From Eledone cirrhosa (lineage: Eukaryota), in NCBI GenBank assembly GCA_964016885.1, contig OZ024742.1, forward strand, positions 143,468,001 through 143,532,000: DNA of 64,000 nucleotides. The letters run 5' to 3'. A model generated the notes under the pieces. The model saw only the letters and a list, made by a program, of their open reading frames with translations, had not been told where the DNA came from and ran no database searches. The position numbers and the translations under genes are program-made. How positions within the stretch are numbered: the first letter of the stretch is position 1; the number at the start of each line of letters is the position of its first letter. Positions 52,176 through 64,000 of the stretch are shown piece by piece.

Positions 52176-55114
52176 TGTAGTGACCTACATTCCGCGGGCT
52201 CACATACATTCTCTGTGCGTGATTTGGCTCAGCTCAGCCAATCAGCGCCAGGAGAAGAGGATGTATCCCTACGCGTTCTGAGGGAGAAATACCCCGCGAA
52301 GATTTGAGAAATCTAAGACTCGCAGCTTGACCATGGTAAGGTAAACACCACTTGTTCTTTTGCTCCGTAAGCACAAACAATATGTAACAACAAAACATTC
52401 CTACGGGCCTGGTCAAACGCCTCAGCCAGTCGACCGTATTTTCTCTTGTAATCTTAATTGAATTATTTCATTTCTCTTGGCATGCCAACTTAATTCACTT
52501 CTTAACCTTTGTTAATAAATAATGTAAAAACAAGCTAAAGTCGTTGTCGATATTCCTATCATGTCTTTCTACCAAACCTGGTTCCTCGTGGCAACATTAC
52601 AACTCTCTAAATATAACTCTCTGCTAAATTAGTGACCCTCGACGATTAAGTATGAAAACGCAGCCTATTTGAATTCGCCATTCGTTTTAACGGCTATGTG
52701 GAGTGGCTTAACATTTGGAATGTTCGAATCGGGTAGCTAGACTCACTTAGCGTAAGTCCATAAAATTCATAATATTCCATTTGTTGAAGCACGCGGCCTG
52801 CACAATGTTTCTGTCATAACTTTCATGGTAACACTAGTGACTCACGCATACAGACGAACACAAAAATACAACACAAAAGAAAGAGTTTTTTCGACGACTA
52901 ACAAAAAATTTCTCTTTTGGATTGAAAATTATGCGATGTCTTCTACCCGGTTGAGGTGGTTGGTATATTTCAATTAGTTGATAAAATGAGTACGGTGACC
53001 ACCGACTAAGAGCAACTTGCCTTGCAAGCATAGTTTGATAAAAACAAAAAAAAAATTAAAAAAAAAAGGATTTCTCTGGTTATGGAATTTTGCTTTCAAC
53101 CTTCTGTTGGAGTTGCAAATGGAGACTTAAAAATTTTGTTTTCCCGCGTACAGCTTTTCTTCAATCCTGGCCGTCTGGTTGGCTGCGTCGTGTCGCATGG
53201 CGGCTTCTTCATCACAGGCACATTTTTCGATCGGCCATCTTGGGATTTTCTTACCATGGAAAATGATTGTTTTTATTGTTCGGGTTTTCTTTAGAATATT
53301 TTTTAAAAAGAAAAAAATTAGCAGTATTTCAAAAACTTTTCGCCACGAGGATATTTCAAAACGGCTACCACCAAGTACCAGCCATCAGCAGCAACACATG
53401 GCTAATTATTAACCAACACCAGGGAACGGCTTGTAACTTTACCGACGCAACCACCATACCTTCTGTCTCGTTACCACAAGGACTCGAGAAATTAAGACAT
53501 TAGTTTTCTCACCATTATGGCGTCAGACGTGGCTGGCATATTGGTGACTTTAGGTTCTTCAACGCTAGACTTCGACTCTACAGAAGATTCATTGTGACTT
53601 TGCTTTAACAAAAACAACAACTCTACTAGCTCCCTAGTAAGAGCGTTCCCAAAGAAAAAAGAAGCGAACTTTTTGTTAAAAGAAAAGAAACAATTCTTTC
53701 TTTCTTCCTTTTTTTTCCAGGCATTTATTTTGGACATTTATTTTTTTTAAACTGTATTATATGAACATTCATTTCTCTCTATCATTGTATATGTGACCGC
53801 ACGCACACATTTTCTTTGCTGTATTACATGCCTGCATATATACACACACCAACATGTTGTTGTCTATAGTATGTGATCTTCAAGCGTCATAATATTCTGT
53901 GAGATCCCTTTTCACCTTCTGGAGGTACCAAAACATGCTATCAACACTTGCAGCTTAATTCACCTGCACCGCAACACGAGAATGCTAATTGCAGCTGAAC
54001 TCAAACAGTTTCGCATCTCGTTGCACATTCATCGTCCATAACAACCTCTCTCTTGTTATCTTACCCAACTCACCGGGAAAACAACAAATAGAACTGGACT
54101 TGTCAGCATTTCCACCACTTCTGTGGATTCGCCCGAATTGTGGGACTGCAACCCACCTACAGATTCAGCTTGCTTTTTTTCTTATCAAAGCAACCAGCCA
54201 TTTTTTCCTGGCTCCCTAGCACATTCGGCAATACATCTGGGAGGCCAACATTTTCTCGTCTACCCATCATCTTCTTGTCAGCACTGGTAAACTACCATAA
54301 TAGCTTCGTCCACAGCTACTGGTACAACACTTACCATTAACATTTAATGCAAGAACAGCAACTTCGCCCATGTCAGACTTTATCTGTTTTCTGTTAGACC
54401 TTTGGTGGTCACGTATAAACTACAAAACAGCTAGTCATTTGACAGCGGCTCAACACGGCCCGTAGCGCCTCATTTTTTGTCTTGCATGCATCTTTCTGCT
54501 CAATTATTTTTTCACTGATGTGCTCTTTCAGCATTTGTTCTTGCTGATTCAATAATCTGCATCCACTTCCGTCTAGAAGGGGGGGGGGGGTGTAAACTGT
54601 ACCTTGTGGGTCCTTGGCTTCATCGTTAACGATTTTCGGCTAAAAATCTGCTCGGGGGTGATGTAGTGACCTACATTCCGCGGGCTCACATACATTCTCT
54701 GTGCGTGATTTGGCTCAGCTCAGCCAATCAGCGCCAGGAGAAGAGGATGTATCCCTACGCGTTCTGAGGGAGAAATAGCCCGCGAAGATTTGAGAAATCT
54801 AAGACTCGCAGCTTGACCATGCTAAGGTAAACACCACTTGTTCTTTTGCTCCGTAAGCACAAACAATATGTAACGACAAAATATTCCTACGGGCCTGGCC
54901 AAACGCCTCAGCCAGTCGACCGTATTTTCTCTTGTAATCTTAATTGAATTATTTCATTTCTCTTGGCATGCCAGCTTAATTCACTTCTTAACCTTTGTTA
55001 ATAAATAATGTAAAAACAAGCTAAAGTCGTTGTCGATATTCCTATCATGTCTTTCTACCAAACCTGGTTCCTCGTGGCAATATTACAACTCTCTAAATAT
55101 AACTCTCCGCTAAA
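52176..55114 (+). mobile_element. Non-autonomous LTR retrotransposon: 453-bp LTRs (52176-52628, 54662-55114), ~2-kb non-coding interior
   Basis: Direct repeats with ~8 differences counted by eye; TSD TGTG; PBS-like TAGTGACCCTCGACG (tRNA-Trp-like); G-rich PPT before the 3' LTR. Confidence 0.9.
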
Positions 55115-55486
55115 TGTGTATATATATATATACATAGACGCATGAGCTAACATGGGAAACCTGTCTATTTATATAGTGCCATTGTGACAAGTGCTGCAGA
55201 TTCAAATGACTAGTTACTTTGCAATCTGCTTATTACTTTCTATAAATTTGTTTATTGATTGTTCAACTGTTTGAATTTATTGAAATAAACAAATTCTACA
55301 TTTTCTCTTGAATACTTTATCTCATATAAACCCTGCAACAAAGAGCAGCCGGAGATGTCTTCTGCACCAGTCAATCTACTCCACGGTTTCTTTTCTTAGT
55401 AGCGAAACCTCCCCCAAAACACATCATTGTCTTTTATGTATGTATACATGTACGTATGATCCTTTCACCCCAAATTACAGCAGAAG

Positions 55487-55553
55487 ATCGATGAGACTGA
55501 AGACGCTGGATATCTCAACAGCTATCAGCGGGAAAAGGGTTGCGTTCATCGAT
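55487..55553 (+). ncRNA. Degenerate hammerhead-like motif
   Basis: ATCGATGA-ga-CTGAAGA-CGCTG..CAGCG-g-GAAA..TCATCGAT; stem III is disrupted. Confidence 0.45.
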
Positions 55554-56454
55554 GACGTGTATTTAATCAATCTTCTAAAATAAGGTTTAATCTGTACTCG
55601 AATATATTCAAATAAAATCCACAAGAGTTTGTAAATTCAAGAATATTAGTTGTCGTTATATAAACTAGAGCAGTCTAATTGAGCTAGATCAGAGTTAATA
55701 TTTTCTATAAAAAGCTATATGCTATATGATATATAAACTGTGTTCGGGAAAAGGAGTTAAAACCACTGACGCTTTTTTTCTTGATACAAAGAGAATAATG
55801 TGTGGTTTAACCACATTATCTAAATTTCACCATGAGGTTAAAAGTATGTTTAATATAGATATATATTCGTAAGATCTACACTGAGACACTGTCTTTTTTT
55901 TTTTTTTCGTTAATTTTGTTAATAACCAGCGACGCTATACGTTACCAATAGCGATATAAAATATATCAAATAAATATTCTAAAGATTTAGAAGAAAATAA
56001 GAAAAACACTTTCTGCGATACAGGTAGAGTATGAAAGCTAATCATACTGCATCATGAGGACACGAAATAAAATCTCTAGAACTGCAATTTTACCGTTTGA
56101 AAACAAATAACTCTTTGGAGAGTAATCTTTTTTAACATTAACATTGCTTTATGGATTTGTTTGCCCATAATGGCTATAAACAGTGATGATGAAAGAGCAT
56201 TTTCATGGATCAAAAGGTTTATAAATGGTTGAACAAAGAAGGATGGTACAAATTATGGGTCAAATAAAATTGAACAATGTTGTTGCGGTGGGTATTAACT
56301 CCAACAGAAAATAAATATTTCCTTATCATAAATAGGATTATTCATTCGGTATATCGAAACACTAATTCTATTGAGAGCTCAAATTTGAATTAATGTTTCT
56401 ATTATAAAGTTTGTCCTGTTGAAGAAGAGATTACATGAAATATTTTAAAGATAT

Positions 56455-56640
56455 CTAATGTTGCATGCTTCTGAGATATGAATGTTTCATGTGGAGGCTG
56501 AAGAGAAGTGAGTCAAATATAATTCGTTGCATGAGCAACGTTAAGTTGCGAGAGAAGAGAACCACGAGGGAGCTGAATGAGCGGCTTGCACAGTAAAAGT
56601 ATCAGATATTTTGTTGGAGATATAGTTGCATTTGCATGGA
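56455..56640 (+). mobile_element. RTE-clade LINE C-terminal remnant
   Basis: MLHASEI..RLKRSESNIIRCMSNVKLREKRTTRELNERL resembles the RTE MLHGSETW..MLRWMCNV..ELRERL motif. Confidence 0.6.
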
Positions 56641-57822
56641 TTTTGAAGCAGGTAGTCAACAGGTGATGTTATGTTCTTTCAGTTGTTTTTGTTTTTGTTC
56701 AACCTCGATCGAGCAGACAAATCTTTCAACTGTTTAAATTTAAGTCATGACTATCCATTTTCTTTTTCGGGACCACGTTTCCCTTTCTACGCATTTACAG
56801 CATTGAACGATTAAAGGAGACATAAAAAAAGAAAATTTATATATATGAGTGTTCTAGGACACTGGACCTCAAACAGAGGCAATACATCATCGAGAGAAAT
56901 TGTGATCAGTGACATTTTCTTCATGAATGCAAGGCATGTAGTGCATTCCTAAGATATATCATAAATGCAAATAAAATATTCAGTTTTAATAGAAATCGCT
57001 CATATTTATGAGACACAGCTGTAAATAAGTACATACATGCTATATGTTCCATATTTCAATTACATGGTTTTGATATTTTTAAAAATGCTTCCTTTGGCTT
57101 AAATATCAGGAGTTGATTCTGTTTGTGATATACCGTATTACAGTCCTGAGCTATAGATACCCTGTTACAACGTAAAAAGAATAATAAACTGGCATAAACG
57201 ATGGCAACGATAATGGTGATGCGAATAAGCGGTATATATTTTAGAGATATTTTTATGTTCGTAACAAACAGCAGAAAAAAAGTTATAATTGTTTTACTAT
57301 TACGTTTTCCTGATAAATTACAGTGCTGAATTTTCCAGTAGCACATGGAATAAATTTAAATGTAATATGAGAGAAAACATTTTTAAACAAATACAACAAG
57401 CCTTGTATTAGGTTAATTCATTCGAAATTGCTAGATTGCTCAGAAAAGATTTTGGTGCAGGCTATAAGTAACATTAAGCAACTCATTTTGAGAAATGGAT
57501 CTAATATAACGGTTGAAGAATTTGGAGCTGTATTCTGAAATAAGGTTACAACAGTCAGTGCAAATACATGCTACAAATTCAAAAGAAAGACATACAATTA
57601 TTAAAAAAAGAGGAAAAAAATCGGAATAATTTCACTAAAGTGTCTGATAAACCATTCCTAACAAAACAGAATACAATTACATTGAAAGAGTTAGCAACTT
57701 TAGTTGATTTAATAGAGTTTGAACAAAAACAGAACTTGCTTGACCGCCTGTTAATTACATTTTTTGGTGTGCGATAAAACGTACAATCTGTACAGAACCA
57801 ATAAGTTATACAGTGGATTAGA

Positions 57823-57954
<132 letters not shown>

Positions 57955-58015
57955 CAGCTCATGCCTTTAACGCGAGGAATTAATATGGTGTACCAGTACA
58001 CAATCATATATGTAT

Positions 58016-58122
58016 AATTGTTTCTACTTTTAGCACAAGGCCAGCAATAACCCAGTACATTACTGGTACTTTATTTTATCGACCCCATAAGGATGAAAGG
58101 CAAAGTTACCCTCGAAGGGATT
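58016..58122 (-). mobile_element. 5'-truncated SINE
   Basis: SINE 3' half. Confidence 0.85.
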
Positions 58123-58212
58123 TTTATATATATATAATGTCAAGATTCTTTGCTTAAACTTTAATCTGTTATTTTAATATATATATATATATATATATAA
58201 TATACAAACGGC

Positions 58213-58257
58213 TTCTACAGTACTAGAACTGTTTCATTTGGGAGAAATCATCAGGAA
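58213..58257 (-). ncRNA. Canonical-core hammerhead with short stems I and II
   Basis: TTC-CTGATGA-TTT ctccc AAA t-GAA-ACAGT tctagt ACTGT-A-GAA. Confidence 0.6.
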
Positions 58258-58317
58258 TTCTGCTATGTATTGAGTACCTTACTTCCTGTGGTTACCCCCG
58301 ATTGAAACCGGGATAAA

Positions 58318-58451
<134 letters not shown>

Positions 58452-58505
58452 GAAAAGAGTCAGGACTCCGACGGCTGAGGTCCGGCCATTTCGACACCTA
58501 GATCC

Positions 58506-58545
<40 letters not shown>

Positions 58546-58633
58546 ATATATATAAGTATATATCTATGTATATATATATATATATATATATATACTTATA
58601 TATATATATACTTATATATATATATACACACGA

Positions 58634-58672
<39 letters not shown>

Positions 58673-58676
<4 letters not shown>

Positions 58677-58873
58677 AAAATGTAAGTCCAAAGAATCATT
58701 AGATAAAATATATACAGTATTTCCTCTCCCAATCAGTATAAATTAACCACACAAAAAAATCATTTAAACGAGGCTATGTTTAAATGAATTTTTGTGTGGT
58801 TAATTTATACTGATTGGGAGAGGAAATACTGTATATATTTTATCTAATGATTCTTTGGTCTTACATTTTTATA
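58673..58873. repeat. Palindrome with ~96-bp arms and an 8-nt loop
   Basis: 58673-58769 is the reverse complement of 58778-58873 with few mismatches. Confidence 0.93.
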
Positions 58874-59425
58874 AATTGCTCTGATAAATAATTATGTAAT
58901 TAATTCTTCATTGAGCCACACCGTAAATGGGTGCCAAACGCATATATGTATTTGTGACTTTGTCTAATTTATATATATATATATCCTTTGAATTTAATAT
59001 ATATATATATATATATGATTGTGTGTTGGTAAAGTGTATTATTTCCTCGTATTAAAGGCGTGAGCTGTTTGGTTGGTTAGAAGATTGGCCACGTCATCGG
59101 AAGTGTTGTCAGAGACGTCCGCTTTTTTTTACAGGCATCAACACGAGGTTTTGCCTTACTATGAATAAGGGGCGTTAGTCCTCTTGCGGCTCGTTGCGTC
59201 GTCTAGCATGAGATTGATCACTGGACTGTCTCTATTATTGGTTACTTATATACTGTTCTCCAGGCATCAATGGTGGCTCTGCAAATTTGTAAGCAGGAAC
59301 TTAACGTGGTAAATTGAGATGAGTTCGGATATTGTTTAACATCAAGACGTTGTGTATTGCGTACTTTGCGTTTATCAGGAAAACACAAACAATTACAAAA
59401 TATACATACATGCATACTTAATAAC

Positions 59426-59606
59426 TGTTTCTACTTTAGGCACAAGGCCAGCAATTACCCAGTGCATTACTGGTACTTTATTTTATCGACCCCGTAAGGA
59501 TGAAAGGCAAAGTCAACCTCGGCGGGATTTGAACTCAGATCGTAAAGGGACGTAACTATGCTGGAAAGCATGGCGTCCGACTCTCTACCGATACTGCCAA
59601 TCCACC
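59426..59606 (-). mobile_element. Full-length SINE at the edge of a 22-bp minisatellite
   Basis: A and B boxes; catacttaataac on both sides. Confidence 0.92.
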
Positions 59607-59608
59607 GT

Positions 59609-59737
59609 CATACTTAATAACATACACATGCATACTTAATAACATACACATGGATACGTAATAACATACACATGCATACGTAATAACATACACATGCATA
59701 CTTAATAACATACGCATGCATACTTAATAACATACAC
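59609..59737. repeat. 22-bp minisatellite, ~6 copies (catacttaataacatacacatg)
   Basis: Direct reading. Confidence 0.92.
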
Positions 59738-59740
59738 CTA

Positions 59741-59773
<33 letters not shown>

Positions 59774-59774
59774 C

Positions 59775-60060
59775 TCACCATTGTAAGATCATGGGTTTAA
59801 CTCTCAGCAACATGTTGTAGTCTTGAGCAAGACAGTTTATTTCACATTGCTCCAGTTCAACAAGTTGGAAAACATGAGTTATACCTGTATGTTGCAAAGA
59901 TCAGCTTTGTCATGGCTCGTGTTACGTTGTATCTCTACGAGAACTATGTTAATGGTGCACGTGTCTGTGGGATGATCAGTGCATGTTAATTTCATGAGCA
60001 GGCTGTTCCGTTGATCGAATCAACTGAAACACTCATTGTAGGAACTGATGGAGGTCCAAC
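59775..60060 (+). mobile_element. Older SINE of a different family with a CORE/V-like central domain
   Basis: Decayed B box gggtttaactc, then tcttgagcaagacagtttatttcacattgctccagt. Confidence 0.6.
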
Positions 60061-60099
60061 ACACGCATACACACACACATGCACGCACACACGCACAAC

Positions 60100-60141
<42 letters not shown>

Positions 60142-60265
60142 CATGTATGTATATATGACTACCTCTGTATATTTATATATATAGATAGAAAATGGGAGAA
60201 AGCGAATCATACATATGTACACACGCATGTATACACACACACAGACACACACACACACACACACG

Positions 60266-60326
<61 letters not shown>

Positions 60327-61440
60327 ATCCACACACGCACACACTTCACACACACATATACAATGTAGAGAGCAAATGAGTAGCCTGAAGGAAACCTATA
60401 ATAACCAATGATGGTGTTCGCGAATGTGTGTGTGTGTGTGTGTGTATGTGTGTGTGTGTGCGTGCGCTCTCATGTACAAATAACTTTGAGTATGTCGAAG
60501 ATATGTAAATATGAACTAATGCAATAATGGTACATTCCGTATATATATTCATTTAAAAAAATATATTCATTTTTTCGTCTCCTAAAGCAATTTCTTTCAT
60601 TGTTTTGTACACAACTTTTCGCTTAGTCTAACATTTTATATACAATTGATATGCCTTTATAATAACTTCTCCCCAGCCAGCTCCTAATGCACTGAACACA
60701 ATCTATTGTTGCCAAGTCTCAATAAACTACACAGAATACATTCCACTATACAGTATATACTCCTCAATATATACTACAGATTTCTGAACACATGCCTTTA
60801 CATCGTAACATAACCTACAGACTTCTAGACATGAAAATAAAATTACTGTGTATACAATACATACACTACCTCAGCAACAAAGTTCACTTCGTAATTGCCT
60901 AGTGCCTGGTGCGATCTCACTGCGTGGGTCCCTGCTCTTTAATTTAGACAATAGATTGTTGTCAGAGGTCTCTTAGCTGATTGATAAAAGCATTCAATCG
61001 GTATTTGGGAGATATGGTGTTCGGTTTTTCGTATCGGCTGTGGACAACATCTTTTTGCGTCTCTAAGTGTCTTTACCTTATTTTTATATTTTATATCAAG
61101 TGACAGGGAAGTTTCGTTTACATATGAAACATATTTGCCTGGCAAAATATTAGGGTCGATATGATCAACTAGAAACCCTTCAAGATGGTGTTCGAATATG
61201 GCGGCTGTCTAATGTTTGAAAGAAACAAAAGAAAATAAATATATAACTGTAAAATTGTTGTTATTTATTCCCAGTTCTATCTTGCTTCAACAGAATAATG
61301 TTGTCATAGAATTGTTTATGACCACATTAGTTAATTTTTCCTTTCTTCGTTTAAGACAATAATAATTTTAATTGATAGAAAATGTTTTATTATGTTTGTA
61401 CGAGTTAAAAAATAACTGTTTTTTTTTTTTTATATATAAT

Positions 61441-61628
61441 AATTGTTTCTACGTTTGGCACAAGGCCAGCAATTACCCTGTGTATTACTGGTACTTTATT
61501 TTATCGACCTCCTAAGGATAAAAGGCAAAGTTAACCTCGGCGGGATTTGAACTCAGAATGGAAAGGGCCGTAACTCTTTGCGTCAAAGCATGGCGTCCGA
61601 CCCTCTACCGATACTGCCAATCCACCAC
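61441..61628 (-). mobile_element. Full-length SINE
   Basis: Same family as 14835-15020. Confidence 0.9.
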
Positions 61629-62229
61629 CTTTTTTTAAAATATATAATAATGCATACAGATTTGGCTACTGTTTATAGTAAGTCGAGCAACTATTTATAT
61701 GCTATCTCCTTGGTTCGACAACCTCAAGGGAAAACATTATTGTTATAAAACATTTTTTTTGTTTTACTCGGGTAAACATATTAAAACACTTTCTATTTAT
61801 TATCATTCACTCTATATACTTAAACCATTGTTTAATGCAAGCATTTTATAAAAAAAAGTGGCTTATAATACACCGAATGTAGTGAGACAAGTAATTATAA
61901 TTCTTTATTGTTGTACCTTGGTGATGAGAACAACCATTACCTAAACGACTGACTCTGGCCAAAAAAGTAGGAGAAACAACTCCGGAAATTAATAACAACT
62001 CAGGGGCATGTTTTGGTCTTTATTAGACCTCAACAGAAAGTAAAGTCTAAACAGTACTGCCAGATTTTAAAATGACTAGAAAGAATATAGGATTTCAATT
62101 GGGAACAGCCTGCTATAAAAAGAGTCCTTAGTAAATAGACTAAAGAAATTTTGTCTCATTTATCTTCATATACAATGATTGTACATATAGTATCTACAGT
62201 ACCAATACAGTCTAAAAGTCTAAAGTCTT

Positions 62230-62490
62230 TCTAGAGAACGGAGGCTCATCAGACCGGTGATTATTCTGGTTTCCTTGGGGTTAAGAGACTGAGAGTAAAA
62301 GACTCCCCCACCATTGACAAGATGTCAGTCCATCGTAGGTTTAAACCCACAATTATTGCTGGTACTGATTTTCAGCTGAGTATACTGGAGCAACATGAAA
62401 TGAAGTATTTTGCTGAAAGAGACAACACTCTATCCAGTCCAGGAATCGAACCCACGACATTATGATCATAAGTCCAACACCCTTAACATT
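62230..62490 (-). mobile_element. Older tRNA-derived SINE (Meta-like domain)
   Basis: B box GGTTCGATTCC, ttcatgttgctccagtatactcagctg, cgatggactgacatcttgtc. Confidence 0.6.
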
Positions 62491-63029
62491 ATAGTGTGAA
62501 TTATAAATAAATATGTATACGGAGTCATATAAATATATTTGTCGAACATTCATTTATATAATCACGCTGTGAAAATGGTAGACAGAAATCCGTTGATTTC
62601 GACGATGAGTATTCTGTTGTTTGATCAACTGACCTACCTACTTTGTAAGTAGACACGTGTACCCATAATACAATCCTTAAGCAGAATCAACACGCCACAA
62701 TGTGTGATGACGGACTTCCATATTATAGCCGCCAACTCAACGTCATTTACAAGGCTTAGGTCAATCTGAGGCTACAGAAAAAAAAACTCTTAACAAAGAG
62801 CCACACATTGCAATCAAATCCGAGACATTGCGATTGCAAGGCGAACCTTTTAACAATCCGACTATTCTGTATCTGTGTCTGGTTATACCAACTGATATTC
62901 TGACATTCTGATATTAAGAAAAAATGAACAGATTAGTATCATATTTCATTTGAGTTTCATCAGGTATCGCTCACTTCTGTCTTTCTTCAACTTGCCAAAG
63001 AAAGTAGGGGAGAGCTTCTTATTAAAAAC

Positions 63030-63365
63030 GTAAATACATACATGAATACATAAAAATATACAAGCATGCATACATACACACATACGAAGGCACATAAATA
63101 CATACATACATACATGCATACATGCATACATACATACATAAATACATACATACATGAATATATACAAATATAAATGCATGCATACATACACATACGAACG
63201 CACATAAATACATATATGTATGCATACACGCATACATACATAAATACATACATACATACATACACACAAACACAGACACATGTATAATAAATAGGTGGTC
63301 AAACACATGTGAACATACATTCACACATGTGTAAACTAAAAAACAAATACATACATAAATACAAA
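63030..63365. repeat. Degenerate (CATA)n tract
   Basis: Direct reading. Confidence 0.9.
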
Positions 63366-63453
63366 CAAACGCAATTGGTTTCTTACCTATATCCCTAACT
63401 ACACAGATACATACTCGCACGCGTGTATATATATACATATATATATATATACC

Positions 63454-63544
63454 CGTGTCTGAAGGAACCTGCAGCCGTATAATCAGCCAGATCCATACAG
63501 GGACCATGTCTCGAGCTACCTGCCGGCGTAACAATTGTAACACG
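63454..63544 (+). ncRNA. Degenerate hammerhead with a long stem II
   Basis: CGTGT-CTGAAGG..GCCG...CGGC-GTA-ACAATTGT-A-ACACG; core substitutions present. Confidence 0.5.
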
Positions 63545-63589
63545 CAATAAATTGAGTCCAGATGCATCACTGATTTTTCGTTTTCTTTA

Positions 63590-63662
<73 letters not shown>

Positions 63663-63711
63663 TATGTATGTATACGTACATAGATATATGTATACAGACG
63701 TACAGTAGCAC

Positions 63712-63760
<49 letters not shown>

Positions 63761-63909
63761 CAGGTACACATATATATATGTACGTATCAGTTTACCGAAC
63801 ATTTATTATAATGTTCGCTTTGTTCGTTTGTAAACAAACGGACAGCCTGATTTACGCCGTACAGTGTTCAGGCAACCACGTCACCTTTTTGTTCAACACT
63901 GACACAGGA

Positions 63910-63952
63910 ACGATGTACTAGTTTCAAGCTTGTTAGCTATCGTCAGCACCGT
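63910..63952 (-). ncRNA. Canonical minimal type I hammerhead
   Basis: ACGGTG-CTGACGA-t-AGCT aaca AGCT-t-GAAA-CTAG-TA-CATCGT; palindromic stem III ACTAGT, GUA site. Confidence 0.82.
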
Positions 63953-64000
63953 ATACCTTTCTGCCAGATGGTTGAACGTTCGAAAGTATATACTTTCCCT

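Noticed and set aside
52176-52628. Retrozyme interpretation of the LTR element
   Set aside because: No hammerhead core found in the LTR on either strand
57056-57777. Host exon candidates (96-aa minus and 69-aa plus ORFs)
   Set aside because: No recognisable domain or convincing splice structure; cannot be excluded without RNA-seq

Overview
Repeat-saturated, AT-rich eukaryotic (non-bacterial) DNA with no recognisable host gene. The microsatellite load and SINE types suggest a cephalopod/octopus-like genome, which is inference only. Nearly all short ORFs in the track are microsatellite translations. Real content: (1) a ~24-kb LINE pile (25.7-49.9 kb) with four L1/Tx1-clade copies (one with an intact 1139-aa APE-RT ORF2) and two R4/Dong-like RT-RLE elements, all abutting (AAT)n; (2) a third R4/Dong-like element tied to (TACA)n; (3) a decayed Penelope-like RT-GIY-YIG element plus solo pLTRs; (4) about 9 copies of a tRNA-derived SINE; (5) mariner and RTE remnants; (6) a 2.9-kb non-coding LTR element. 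The most unusual layer, read by eye, is about 18 type I hammerhead ribozyme (HHR) motifs from many unrelated families. Several carry non-canonical cores (U3:A8, C4) or enlarged stem II, and two fold-back elements have an outward-facing HHR near each end. Also notable: the SINE shares an exactly spaced 3' tail motif with the Tx1 LINE, and splice-like signals bracket Tx1 ORF2. RNA folds were paired by hand and none were tested.
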